64,000 nucleotides of DNA from positions 32,001-96,000 of the IMG/VR virus record IMGVR_UViG_3300034105_003151. One strand, written 5' to 3'. This document shows, in pieces, positions 49,601-57,641 of the stretch (positions are counted from its first letter, which is position 1; the number at the start of each line of letters is the position of its first letter). Below the pieces are notes generated by a model. It made no database searches and had not been told where the DNA came from. It was given only the letters and a program-made list of their open reading frames with translations. Both the position numbers and the translations under genes were made by a program. Origin of the DNA: a virus.

Positions 49601-51468
49601 GTTTCTTTATTTAAACCTTCTTTTATTCCTATTATTTCTTTGGTTTCATTGCCCAGGGTAACTCCAAAAGTTTTTGAAGATGGTTTCTGCCCATATTCTA
49701 ATACGGCAGCACCAACTCTAGGATCTCTTTTTAGATCATCAACAATTCCTCCATTAGCATACTTATTCATTCCTGCTAGTTTATCCGCACCAATAGCCTG
49801 AACAGCTTTTTTACGAATAACAAATTCGCCAGGAGTTAACATAGCAGGAACAGTATCGCCGTTTCCTTGACCGGGAACAAAACCTCCACTAGCAAATCTA
49901 GGAATTGATCCTCCTTCATGGCGACGTAATCCGCCCACAAATCCTCTACCAAAACTAACAGCAGCACCAGCACCTCTAATAGTTCCAATAGCTAACAATG
50001 CTGGCATAATTCCCTTGGCAGCATCTGCTAGTTTGATTAGTGAGCTAGTTAAATCTAGTGTTAATTTAATAAATGTTTGAAATCCTTGGCTTTCACCAAT
50101 AGATCTAACTAAAGCAATAAACTCTTCACGAACCTTAGTCATCTTATTAGCAACACTCTCTTGAGCAATCGCGGCATCTTTTGCAAGAGAACCTTGACCC
50201 TGTTGGGCGACCTTAAGAGCTTCCTGGGCAGTTGCAAATTGTTGAATAAGAGGAATAACCTTACCAATTTGACGGAATCCACCAAGTTCTTCTACTATTT
50301 GACTAAACTTTAGATCTCTTGGGTCTAGTTTGCTTAATCCTTCGCTTAGTCTACGAGAAGCTTCATATGGCCCAACGAACTTTCCTTCTAAGTCCGTTAA
50401 TACAACTCCGAATTGTTTTAGGGCATCGATGGTATCTTTTCTCTGTAGTCTAGTAAAGATGGTTCTTAGGCCAGTAGAAATTGTTTCAGCACTTTCACGG
50501 GTAGTTGCTCTGATACTTGTGAATACTGCAATAAACTCATTAAGAGCATCCTTACCTTCACTAACACCTTTACTAGCTGTTGCGAACACACCTCCCGTTC
50601 TTTGAATAGCTGTAATAATGTCACCGGCTTCTACAGCGAACTTAGCAGCAACAGCATTAACACTACCGAGCGCACCTTCAAGATCACCGGCTCCAATATT
50701 AAACTGTCTCATAAGAGCAATAGAGCCTTCTACCGTATCATTCAGGCTATCGAACGATGGAGCAAGGGCACTAAGGGCAAGAGCTTTTAGGGCTTTTTCA
50801 GTATCGCGGGCACTTAGACCGGCCTGAGCTAAAGTACTAGATACTTTAATTAAGTCATTAGAAGCCACACCAAGATTAACTGATAATCCAGTAATCTCTC
50901 TTACCAATCCATCAAGTCCAGATAAACTAGTATCAGTAACCTGTGCTACTCTAACTAATTCTTTGTTAAATTCAACGAATTCTTTAGTAGCAGAATCTAG
51001 AGAATTACCAAACTTATATATGATACTAGTAACAGTTGCCATAGCAGCAAATCTTCTAACAGCTATAGCACTTTGGCGACCAAATTCTTCAAATTGATTA
51101 CCGCATTGTTGAGTATTTCTTCTAAGTGCTGTTAGACTAGTAGCTAATTGACCAGCAGCAGTGGCATTATTTTGTAGATTCTGTTGTAGGTTATTTAATG
51201 GATTATTAGCTTGACCGATTGCTTGACCCAAAGCTCTAATAGCTTGAGCGGCACTATTTGCATTTGTTGATGTATTATTAAGTACGCTATTTAAATTAGT
51301 TAGCGATGATGTTAGTTTAGTTATGTTTCCCGTAGTATTATTACTTACATTAACATTTACGTTAGCATTAATATTCCCAATCTGCTGCTTAATATTTTTT
51401 ACAATACTAGCAACGTTGGTTGGTCCTTGTAGATTTAGTTGTGCTGTTAAATTAAATCCAGATGCCAT
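43663..51468 (-). CDS. tail tape measure protein (TP901-like core) with repeated modules and cargo domains
   Basis: 2601 aa, Ala/Gln/Lys-rich helical; TP901-type core (LAQAGL, NAVAAKFA, ESAETISTGLRTIF); five DTVPA[ML]L[TS]xGE[FY]V modules. Confidence 0.92.
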   Translation of the reverse strand: MASGFNLTAQLNLQGPTNVASIVKNIKQQIGNINANVNVNVSNNTTGNITKLTSSLTNLNSVLNNTSTNANSAAQAIRALGQAIGQANNPLNNLQQNLQNNATAAGQLATSLTALRRNTQQCGNQFEEFGRQSAIAVRRFAAMATVTSIIYKFGNSLDSATKEFVEFNKELVRVAQVTDTSLSGLDGLVREITGLSVNLGVASNDLIKVSSTLAQAGLSARDTEKALKALALSALAPSFDSLNDTVEGSIALMRQFNIGAGDLEGALGSVNAVAAKFAVEAGDIITAIQRTGGVFATASKGVSEGKDALNEFIAVFTSIRATTRESAETISTGLRTIFTRLQRKDTIDALKQFGVVLTDLEGKFVGPYEASRRLSEGLSKLDPRDLKFSQIVEELGGFRQIGKVIPLIQQFATAQEALKVAQQGQGSLAKDAAIAQESVANKMTKVREEFIALVRSIGESQGFQTFIKLTLDLTSSLIKLADAAKGIMPALLAIGTIRGAGAAVSFGRGFVGGLRRHEGGSIPRFASGGFVPGQGNGDTVPAMLTPGEFVIRKKAVQAIGADKLAGMNKYANGGIVDDLKRDPRVGAAVLEYGQKPSSKTFGVTLGNETKEIIGIKEGLNKETNQSFMAAINEGVIRGVNYATRLLSKDLGVPATKINKKDQDSFLSGINEGTRGNLFEDVLRTMKAGPFGQTEAQRPFDFPDGLPSQLKDNYSNLPKKWVDAKASFDGAQFTGDGSLQAKAQRQINNELGIVKNRQRGGEETKISPKRKDYLWSIFDKSQNNEILSSTQKKDLQAFQSLRQQGIIQSRNFGGPIQKFAKGGSPQDTVPALLTPGEFVINKKAASRIGLSSLHKMNHADKVQGFNKGGGVQKFAQGGNPWTGGTGQMASPQNINPWITSGISAQAQKTAQALQNVGQAANNTATSFKGMGPATTGLRGLFAQLGMTGIAKKLPKGPTNPLASLGLMMGGGAAISSVSSALGGESTDAGRQVNHMGTNALNYGSTGAAVGSMFGPLGTAIGGTAGALIGLTMGFYEAEKAAKAFKLEANKKDLEMQGERLTKNTAAYVTDRTEENRQNAMMQRDVVAGLALTVAPKKFDTSGSQADIQKNISSFAQEYSSQFSKPLQETKNIIVADMKATNKTFAELATSMDPEEFKQLNMLVARSSKEYIQMVAAQDSYIENLRYAGNDKGADEAQAAFEKKRQEFLASEAANLFAAEDATIKTAKAAEEARQAAILLKKSILSIETSFDVVSQSLNKSSFDLANISNKAEEIISGKTTVRASAAEQNIDILKNPSAYSKEDRAKAVSSGSKLLGDMGPVAERLVNFGDSLDSLTSTTIKNAEKQGKANPDIGDSIRRTLEANIVANFGEGNISRGLIDTLNNSISGAIDEAAKNGQAVDWNAVLEKITGPLKGVSDKASKAMQESLKLVSDNFAALSKITASIVEIEYKKFDRENDLLSMQASSRLSQKEALGSRVDYREKINARMASVSRNSMLGGAQATPQNLSAKIKDMQNQRDNAANQATNALNNNNFAMAGRLTQNVQAFNTAIARTKEELLKLPQTLEASISDIFNEMQKRVGLLEATKAAGQGLAEKMVTSTPKELMDMNRSFVVMNNAIRGNVSNIQQSSDAQQAYFQALNDGKSVQEAVMEAQQAYANENKNALQMFDELVKVAGVSGPDIDNMKANMLESMAKAQGTNNNPILKNIIAQLRETPDQRADRDPVLKALRAEAEILRAMQQQAVTEAAKLDDESKRLLENTANELITGINAATASLNESLARAATERGLEKTQVPNQVQPVNGQFGPGWAAGIVDQGRREAEAARQKKDLQNRTQSPNSENLGIEIESKDQKRQAEEDRQAAMRGAQAAPFNNGGVVYASGGKLINFKPKGTDTVPAMLTPGEFVVNSKSASKNMGLLHSINRSKGGDVNYLKDGGFAGSDERISRPKPAKFTDKSGKFSVMASLEEPVDHSLSWVALRRADNNQIVKVNWKKLSYESRALAVEQSKALSAYTLQNSRDIGKRSTGVTNLMDDKDTSKRDSMLKNGGEFMGQGGSFDMVETNAAGGRRETNPRFFQSRGNTGKRYGTAEERGGMFASIDAVDWNAETITAQRYNNLGEKTKSGTYKWNKFAPESLKQALTDYGFAHINDVPKELFFPKKKITGEFPDINYGSGYEEKYPELYSKTTTAKMGQWKSGETKTSLVRLFYYWVKRNQLAGDLDRDDHEEYSWEQTEREARDIDIAGMEAKHNSKNKKPINKVDGGMVYASKGQLINFQPKGTDTVPAMLTPGEFVVNAKSTSKHLPLLKSINRAGGGSIPRIGKFEVGKGSTNGGSGIDIRGRSGATSYLNNGGMPFGGGVKTDVAGNQQLQNTFFGNKNIHEMSSLDFARMGYNIMQEAYIRNMNGDSVSMFSIGQRRMKELQQMRDDRANQFKNQRTQRGEAYNNRITAMKNANYTMRTGAKRIEGWSTGGMIPRGTDTVPAMLSKGEYVVNRKSTQKNIGLLENINRGYSNGGVIYRQNGGSVGPVAGSQSMDGLATTLNNFVQQMKEVLPSSVGVEGKHDVNVIINGAAILQNVLAGPLGELVKKSIEESFMRKNRQNEGS
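44005..49900 (-). repeat. five dispersed DTVPAMLTPGEFV modules within the tape measure gene
   Basis: Asp codons start at 49857, 48993, 45795, 44634 and 44043 (about aa 538, 826, 1892, 2279, 2476). Confidence 0.85.
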
Positions 51469-51485
51469 ATGTTTTCCTATTTCTT

Positions 51486-51519
51486 AAAAAAAACGCCATG
51501 CTGCGAGAACAACATGGCG
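51486..51519 (-). terminator. rho-independent terminator upstream of the tape measure gene
   Basis: minus strand CGCCATGTTG-TTCTCG-CAGCATGGCG followed by T8. Confidence 0.8.
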
Positions 51520-51543
51520 ATTCTAAATAATACCACTAGCTTT

Positions 51544-51553
51544 TAATACACTA
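51544..51553 (-). promoter_or_regulatory. candidate phage promoter motif (TAGTGTATTA)
   Basis: same motif as at 9885 and 57632. Confidence 0.35.
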
Positions 51554-51554
51554 A

Positions 51555-52388
51555 TTAGTCTTGTTTTTGTTCTGATTTTACCTCTTCAACCTTGGCCGGT
51601 TTTTCATCAAAAACCACAGGTTTTCCATCATCGTCTAGGAATGGTTGCTCGTCTACTAGAAATTCACCATCTTTAGTTAGTAGATTACCAAACTTATCAA
51701 TTCTACGATTATCAGTATCTACATAAAACCCGTCTTTATCTACTAGCTTGCCATCACGATCTGTTAAATGGCCTTCTTTATTAACAAAGTGTAGATCAGT
51801 ATTTACGAACTTATACTTTAGTAAGAACTTGTTTTCTGGTAGATTTTTTTCATAACTACTATCTAGGCCATAAAATAGTTCCGCATAATTACGAGCAGCT
51901 TCAGCAGCTAGGGGTTCTGATCCTCTGTTGAGATAATCTTCTAGATTTTCAAAACACTTAGAATTATCTGACTTTTTAAATGCACAAGCAGATACCAGAT
52001 AATCAAACTGAGCATTATCAGCCTGACCTTCCGCACTGTTAGAATCTAGAGAATTTCTCGACATTAACAAATCTCTAATAGACTTGCGACTATCAGCAAT
52101 TTCTAGGGCTAGGGCGCGAGCTTCTGATAATTTAATACCACCCCTAGCAAGTCTCTTTTCTTGAGAGGTGAGATTTTTTTGAAGGTTCTTTAGTTCATTT
52201 TCCTTCTCATCACTCCACATTCCCTGCTTAATCAATACGTCATTGATCTTTCCCCTAACAATTGCTCCGCTACTAATAGCATCAGCAAAAGCAGAGTTAT
52301 ATATCTTCTTGGCTTCTTTTTGATCAGATAGTGTTGCAGAACGAACATAGTACTGAACATCGTCAATTGTAAAATCTTTCGTTTTCAT
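51555..52388 (-). CDS. putative tail assembly chaperone
   Basis: between the tube and tape measure genes; C-terminal DxDG repeats. Confidence 0.5.
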   Translation of the reverse strand: MKTKDFTIDDVQYYVRSATLSDQKEAKKIYNSAFADAISSGAIVRGKINDVLIKQGMWSDEKENELKNLQKNLTSQEKRLARGGIKLSEARALALEIADSRKSIRDLLMSRNSLDSNSAEGQADNAQFDYLVSACAFKKSDNSKCFENLEDYLNRGSEPLAAEAARNYAELFYGLDSSYEKNLPENKFLLKYKFVNTDLHFVNKEGHLTDRDGKLVDKDGFYVDTDNRRIDKFGNLLTKDGEFLVDEQPFLDDDGKPVVFDEKPAKVEEVKSEQKQD

Positions 52389-52699
52389 TCTCTATTCTCC
52401 TTGTCCTTGTTTATAACGGGAAATCTGTAATTATATCGGGTGTTTTTACTACCGGATAGTATTTTAGTTAAATCTTCTTCCAATAGTCGTTTCTGTTTAT
52501 TTCCATGATTTAGGATATTATTCCTAACATCTTGCCACATATTATCAAAATACCCCTCTTGCTCTGTCAATTGATCTGCATTATCTTTATAGTGCGCCCA
52601 CAGATAACCAAAGACATTTTCAAACTTTGACAATGAACCAATCATCGTTGTTTCTAATGCTTTGATCGCCCGCTGAACACACTCTTCTGTATTGTTCAT
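52385..52699 (-). CDS. hypothetical protein (tail module)
   Basis: ATGA-coupled helical ORF. Confidence 0.6.
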   Translation of the reverse strand: MNNTEECVQRAIKALETTMIGSLSKFENVFGYLWAHYKDNADQLTEQEGYFDNMWQDVRNNILNHGNKQKRLLEEDLTKILSGSKNTRYNYRFPVINKDKENRE

Positions 52700-53730
52700 T
52701 TTTTCCTCTGGCTATTTAGTTGTTGTAATAGGTCTGATTTAACATCCGGCAAATCTATTACATTAATCCCTTGTTCGTTATTCTTAATCAAGTTCTCTCT
52801 TTGTTTTATTATTCTTTGAGATTCTAAAGAATTCAATCCAATAATTTCCGATGCAGATTCTCTATCTGCTACAATAAACATTTCTTTCGCGTTCCTATGT
52901 TTATCATATACACTATTTGCTTCATTTTCTTTCTTTTGTGCATCATTTTTTTGTTTTTGATATAACATCCAACCATCTAACATATCATCATCAGCGATTA
53001 TTTTTTCATCTGGACACTCAGGATGTTCATAAATCCTGTCATACATCATAGATAGGTTAATTAGACTTTTTTGTTCTTCAGTTAGTGAGGTGGGAGATTT
53101 TCCAAATACATTACTTTTGTCACAATTCCAAATTGATTTCCAATGTTCGCTTCTTGCTACTTCTTTCAATTCGTTATTAGTAATATTGTAGGAATGAATA
53201 CAAGATATCAATAGGTTAAAAAAATGCTGATCATTAGCTTCTAGATTTTTAGAAAACACTCTTTTTTTTGAGAGCTTATCATATAAGGTATTGATAATGA
53301 CGAATTCTGTTTTTCGGGTTTGAGCATAATCTTCTAGAGTTAAATAGTCTAAGCTATGCTTATTTTCATATAGAGATATTAGTGATTCCTTATATACTTC
53401 AAGATCCTTTCGAATAATTTTAATCCTATTGGCATTCAATCTACTAGAATACAAGTCCAACTTAGTCTTATCTATAGTCTTTTCTAATTGTGTTATTTGT
53501 TTATCATTGTCTTGATTCCATAACTTTAGCTTTCTCAACCAGTATTCGGCGTCTGGTCTTCTCATTACATCAGAAAATTTATTGTTCTCTAAAATTGAAC
53601 TATATAATCTTTCTGCTTCATATTTTATGGATAATGAAGGACATTTGAGTATATACTCTTTATTATCATGTTCAAAGTATAGTTTTTCTGAACAGATTCT
53701 ATAAATTAAATAAGAAACATTAGATTCCAT
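52696..53730 (-). CDS. hypothetical protein, possible tail assembly chaperone
   Basis: 344-aa helical ORF; YEHPECP...DDDMLDGW. Confidence 0.55.
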   Translation of the reverse strand: MESNVSYLIYRICSEKLYFEHDNKEYILKCPSLSIKYEAERLYSSILENNKFSDVMRRPDAEYWLRKLKLWNQDNDKQITQLEKTIDKTKLDLYSSRLNANRIKIIRKDLEVYKESLISLYENKHSLDYLTLEDYAQTRKTEFVIINTLYDKLSKKRVFSKNLEANDQHFFNLLISCIHSYNITNNELKEVARSEHWKSIWNCDKSNVFGKSPTSLTEEQKSLINLSMMYDRIYEHPECPDEKIIADDDMLDGWMLYQKQKNDAQKKENEANSVYDKHRNAKEMFIVADRESASEIIGLNSLESQRIIKQRENLIKNNEQGINVIDLPDVKSDLLQQLNSQRKK

Positions 53731-53879
53731 TAAGATACAACTGTTTTATTTTCCTGTAGTTCTCTGATGATATTATCTTTTTCGGATAATTTCTTTTGTA
53801 AAGAATCTATTACAGACTGAAGGGAAACGATATCTAAGTAAAGCTTCCCAACAGTCATGTATAGTTTTTCGGGGTCCAT
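53730..53879 (-). CDS. small coiled-coil protein (49 aa, not in ORF track)
   Basis: MDPEKLYMTVGKLYLDIVSLQ...VVS; TAATG overlap with the next gene. Confidence 0.55.
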   Translation of the reverse strand: MDPEKLYMTVGKLYLDIVSLQSVIDSLQKKLSEKDNIIRELQENKTVVS

Positions 53880-53893
53880 TGTTAATCCAATCC

Positions 53894-54976
53894 TTAGAGA
53901 ATATTATTGACACCACTTACAGAGAAGGAGTTAAATGTTTGGTAACTATAAGAAACTTCTACGTTACCACCACCAGTATCTCCACCTGTTTGATTAGCAC
54001 TTGTTAATCTATTAGTTGTTCCTAGATCAAACACATAAGCCGTACTAGTACTGTTAGGATCACAAATACGAATAACGATAGGCAAGTTAGTCAAGTTACC
54101 AGCGGCACTAGCAGAACATCCAACTTGAGTGCTAAAGTCATCTGCGTTTACTTGCGCACCGCTAACGGCTGTCACAGAAAATTCACTAGTAACTTCTACA
54201 GGGAAGTTGATATAGCGATAATATGGGGCTCTTACACCTAGCTTATTGATAGATTCACGACCAATATTACAATTAAGGGTAATACTATTGATGTGAACAG
54301 TACCAGCGGTTGCTGTTAGTCCAGCAATACCTCCACCAGAACCAGTTGGTAGAACACTAGTAGTAGTATCTAGTGACCATCTACGAGCAATTCTCTTGAC
54401 TTCATTTCCTGGTAGACCAGAATTAAAGCTAGTAATTCCACCACCAGTAGAAGGTTGCCATCTTAGATTGTTACTAACTAATGTTAGATCTTCTGTAAAA
54501 TTACCATCACTATTAAAGTTAAAAGCAATACTGCTTACATATGTTCCGCTACTAACAGCATACGCCTGTGCTGCTCCATTTGTTGTAATAACAGATTCAT
54601 CCCAAATACCAAGAGCAATATCACATCTACGATCAGAGATTTGAGTTAAACCTAAACCATTACTAAGAGAAGGTCCGGTCATTGATGATCCTGAAAGAGT
54701 ACCACTACCATCTAAACATAAGTTATATAACAGTCTTGTTCCGTCTAGAATACTATTAAGTGTAATTTCAACGTCTGGTACTTCTTCAATATTTGAATAC
54801 AGACCAAGCTGACCTAATTGATAAGCTTGTTCTAGATTGAAGTTTGTATTCATACCTATACTTTGAACTCCTCTAGCAACAACTTCGCTACCATAAATGT
54901 TATTTCCAGCAGCATTTGCTTGACATGGTCTAATCTTTACGGCTTGAACAGCATAGAAAATACGATTATTTGGCAT
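53894..54976 (-). CDS. major tail tube protein
   Basis: beta-rich G/S/T protein between the neck and chaperone genes; GVQSIG, FNLEQAYQLG, GRESINKLG, FPVEVT. Confidence 0.75.
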   Translation of the reverse strand: MPNNRIFYAVQAVKIRPCQANAAGNNIYGSEVVARGVQSIGMNTNFNLEQAYQLGQLGLYSNIEEVPDVEITLNSILDGTRLLYNLCLDGSGTLSGSSMTGPSLSNGLGLTQISDRRCDIALGIWDESVITTNGAAQAYAVSSGTYVSSIAFNFNSDGNFTEDLTLVSNNLRWQPSTGGGITSFNSGLPGNEVKRIARRWSLDTTTSVLPTGSGGGIAGLTATAGTVHINSITLNCNIGRESINKLGVRAPYYRYINFPVEVTSEFSVTAVSGAQVNADDFSTQVGCSASAAGNLTNLPIVIRICDPNSTSTAYVFDLGTTNRLTSANQTGGDTGGGNVEVSYSYQTFNSFSVSGVNNIL

Positions 54977-54995
54977 TTGAAGAACCCCTATAAGG

Positions 54996-55937
54996 TTAGA
55001 AAATAATTTCGGTAGTTAATCTAACAATACACCAAAACAAAGTTGACGATACATTTTGTTGTGCGTCTATAAATGATACATCTTTAATAGACATTGTATT
55101 CCATAATAAATCATCTCTGCTAATAAGTTGACCGTAATTTAATCCTGAAGGATTACGAGATCCATTTCTATTTAACCCATCATAATTTCCCACGGCTACT
55201 TTATTAATATCATAAATTTTAAGATATTTTTCTTCTTGTAGTTTTAAGATATCAACTATATTTTTTCTTTGAGCATCAGATTCTGTATAAATATGGGCTA
55301 AGATATCTTGATTACGATAACAAACTAAAGACCCTAATTCGTATGGTTCTGCATTTGTTCTAGCAATAGACTCTATTATAATACATGGTAGCGGAAGAGA
55401 GTGGTTATTTTCCACGCTAGTATTAATATTTTTATAATTTAAAGTTTGTAATATTCTTCTACCTTCATGATCACTAGAGTTCAATACTTTGCACCATTTA
55501 TAAGCATAATTCATAGATACAGAAGTTGTTGGAGAAACAGCCTTGTCAAAAACTACTTGACTATTATTATAGTCTAGAGTATATGTCACTGCTCCGCTTC
55601 CCGATGGCCCTGGATAAAAAACATTATTTACAGTTAGTCCACTAATTTGTATAGGGGTTTGCGTATTATAAGATATTCCTGTTTCCCAGACCCATGGTGA
55701 TTTATGAGTTCCCCAAACAATATTTTCTTTATATGCAGGATCTTTTATTGGTTTTAGTTTATTAAGACTATTATTGTATAAACCACTTGCTGGAGCGACT
55801 ATATTTACAAAACCCCCAATATTTAAAAAACCATAGTCTATAAAATTTCGTAGATTTTCTTCTACAGAATTAATATAGAATGTGTCCGATAAGCTCGTCA
55901 CAAAGTTAAATTTTCCAAAATCATTATTGACGCTCAT
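54996..55937 (-). CDS. tail terminator/neck protein (putative)
   Basis: LPCIIIE...PYELGS; lies upstream of the tube gene. Confidence 0.55.
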   Translation of the reverse strand: MSVNNDFGKFNFVTSLSDTFYINSVEENLRNFIDYGFLNIGGFVNIVAPASGLYNNSLNKLKPIKDPAYKENIVWGTHKSPWVWETGISYNTQTPIQISGLTVNNVFYPGPSGSGAVTYTLDYNNSQVVFDKAVSPTTSVSMNYAYKWCKVLNSSDHEGRRILQTLNYKNINTSVENNHSLPLPCIIIESIARTNAEPYELGSLVCYRNQDILAHIYTESDAQRKNIVDILKLQEEKYLKIYDINKVAVGNYDGLNRNGSRNPSGLNYGQLISRDDLLWNTMSIKDVSFIDAQQNVSSTLFWCIVRLTTEIIF

Positions 55938-56590
55938 ATATTACTCTTTATTGTAGACTGTATAATTGCAACTACTTGTTTTTCGCATGTACTTAATGCT
56001 CTTGTTATCCAGTTATTAGTGATCGTTCCTGCGTATTGAGGAGGAACTCTCCAATTTGTATTAGAACGTTTCATTAATGCACCACCAGTTCTTGAATAGG
56101 TGCTAGGTTCAAGAACCACTTCATAATTTTTTACAATGGGCGAACTACCTTCAAATAACAACCATTCTAACCAAGGTAATGAATACTGTCTTTGTAAATC
56201 GATTACTCTAGCATTAGAAGATAATGTAATTGCTTGTAAATCCTGCTTACCTATCATCTTATATACAAAACCTCCACTTATTCCATAGTTTGTAATTTTA
56301 GTATTTTTATTATCTATCTGACCAGTCTCTACCAGGGCTTGTACCAGCTCATCTATACTGTTTGGATTTGCTATACCAAGTTCATATCTAAGGGTTCCTG
56401 TTTTAAGTGAAAGATATTCGGGTTCGTCTCTTAATGCTTTAGCTACTATTTTTTGAATACTCAGATTAATAATAGGTAAACTTTTTTGAATTGTTTTATT
56501 CACTTCTGATAATAAAGAATTAAGAATTAAAGTCCTAACTTGTTTATCACTTTCTAGTATTTTAGCAGATATTCTCACGGTAGGGTCCAA
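55934..56590 (-). CDS. neck/tail completion protein (putative)
   Basis: LPWLEWLL...NNWITRA; position in neck module. Confidence 0.5.
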   Translation of the reverse strand: MDPTVRISAKILESDKQVRTLILNSLLSEVNKTIQKSLPIINLSIQKIVAKALRDEPEYLSLKTGTLRYELGIANPNSIDELVQALVETGQIDNKNTKITNYGISGGFVYKMIGKQDLQAITLSSNARVIDLQRQYSLPWLEWLLFEGSSPIVKNYEVVLEPSTYSRTGGALMKRSNTNWRVPPQYAGTITNNWITRALSTCEKQVVAIIQSTIKSNI

Positions 56591-57084
56591 TTAGTTAATA
56601 AGTAGTCTTGATTACCAAATCCTAAAGGAGTAGGATATCCAGATTTTGTATATAGATTGTTATTAGTAGGTAAAGAAGAATTAAGAACTGCTTGAGTACA
56701 ATTTTCTAATTTATTAAGCAGAGATATCGGGCATAGTGTTTGTGCTGCCATATTAGGAATGTTAACAAATTTTGGCCCCCAGTTCATCCAATATTTACTA
56801 TCAATTATAACTGCCATATATACTGTTTCTTGTGAGTCATAATCTACCTTACCAAAACCACCACAAACGGGACACAAACTACCTTCTTGAAAACTTACTG
56901 GTCCAGAATTATTATACTTATTTAGTGATTGATTTAATATTGTGTCATACACACAGTTATTGCAAAACTTATAATTTGTAGAATTATATTTTAATATACA
57001 AGGTACTGTTAATCCATCTTGTGCTAAAATCATATCTATATGAGTATTAAATAATGCTTTTAGTTCTGGAGTAATTAGGTTCAT
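56575..57084 (-). CDS. head-closure-like protein with zinc-finger insert (putative)
   Basis: CNNC...CPVCGGFG; position in neck module. Confidence 0.5.
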   Translation of the reverse strand: MNLITPELKALFNTHIDMILAQDGLTVPCILKYNSTNYKFCNNCVYDTILNQSLNKYNNSGPVSFQEGSLCPVCGGFGKVDYDSQETVYMAVIIDSKYWMNWGPKFVNIPNMAAQTLCPISLLNKLENCTQAVLNSSLPTNNNLYTKSGYPTPLGFGNQDYLLTNWTLP

Positions 57085-57596
57085 GAGTAAAAGTCTCTAC
57101 TTCTAGCGAGATTAGTACGAATACTTCTTGGATCAAACTTATTACCAACGAACGGAGAAAGAACAGCACGAACAGCAGTTGCTTCTTTTACGTCCCAATG
57201 ACTTGTTAATTCGTCATAGAATGCACACGGTCCCTGTTCTATAATTAACTTAATTCCAGTGAGATTTCCAGCAACACTTAATTGTGCCGGTCCTAGAGAG
57301 GCTCTAATGCCTTCGCTAGCGGCTTTTGTTCTTAATGTACTCTGATCTACTAAACACGCAGCTTTAAGACTTACTAGCATAACAAAAATATTGTCATTGC
57401 TAATAGATGGATCAGGAGTAATATTTGGATCAACAACATTTATTTCGTATGGTGTTTCAAGATTAACATCAAACTCTACTTGTTTTGCAGCAACTGTGAT
57501 GACCTGAAGTAGTCTTTCGTCGCTATATGTGGGACTATCTGATAAATCATTAATTAGTGTTCTAACAATAATAGGTATTTCAATATTCCAACTCAT
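57081..57596 (-). CDS. head-tail adaptor-like protein (putative)
   Basis: VRTLINDL...YSDERL is an adaptor-type N-terminus. Confidence 0.55.
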   Translation of the reverse strand: MSWNIEIPIIVRTLINDLSDSPTYSDERLLQVITVAAKQVEFDVNLETPYEINVVDPNITPDPSISNDNIFVMLVSLKAACLVDQSTLRTKAASEGIRASLGPAQLSVAGNLTGIKLIIEQGPCAFYDELTSHWDVKEATAVRAVLSPFVGNKFDPRSIRTNLARSRDFYS

Positions 57597-57631
57597 ATAG
57601 GTTTCTCCGATAATTTAATTTTTACAATAAC

Positions 57632-57641
57632 AAATACACTA
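57632..57641 (-). promoter_or_regulatory. candidate phage promoter motif (TAGTGTATTT)
   Basis: lies in the gap ahead of the neck/tail operon. Confidence 0.4.

Noticed and set aside
43694-50827. Plus-strand ORFs opposite the tape measure gene, and similar antisense ORFs elsewhere
   Set aside because: Shadow frames of long genes with no RBS or recognisable motifs
51555-53879. Programmed frameshift in tail chaperone genes
   Set aside because: ORFs are joined by ordinary ATGA/TAATG overlaps; no convincing slippery site at an ORF end
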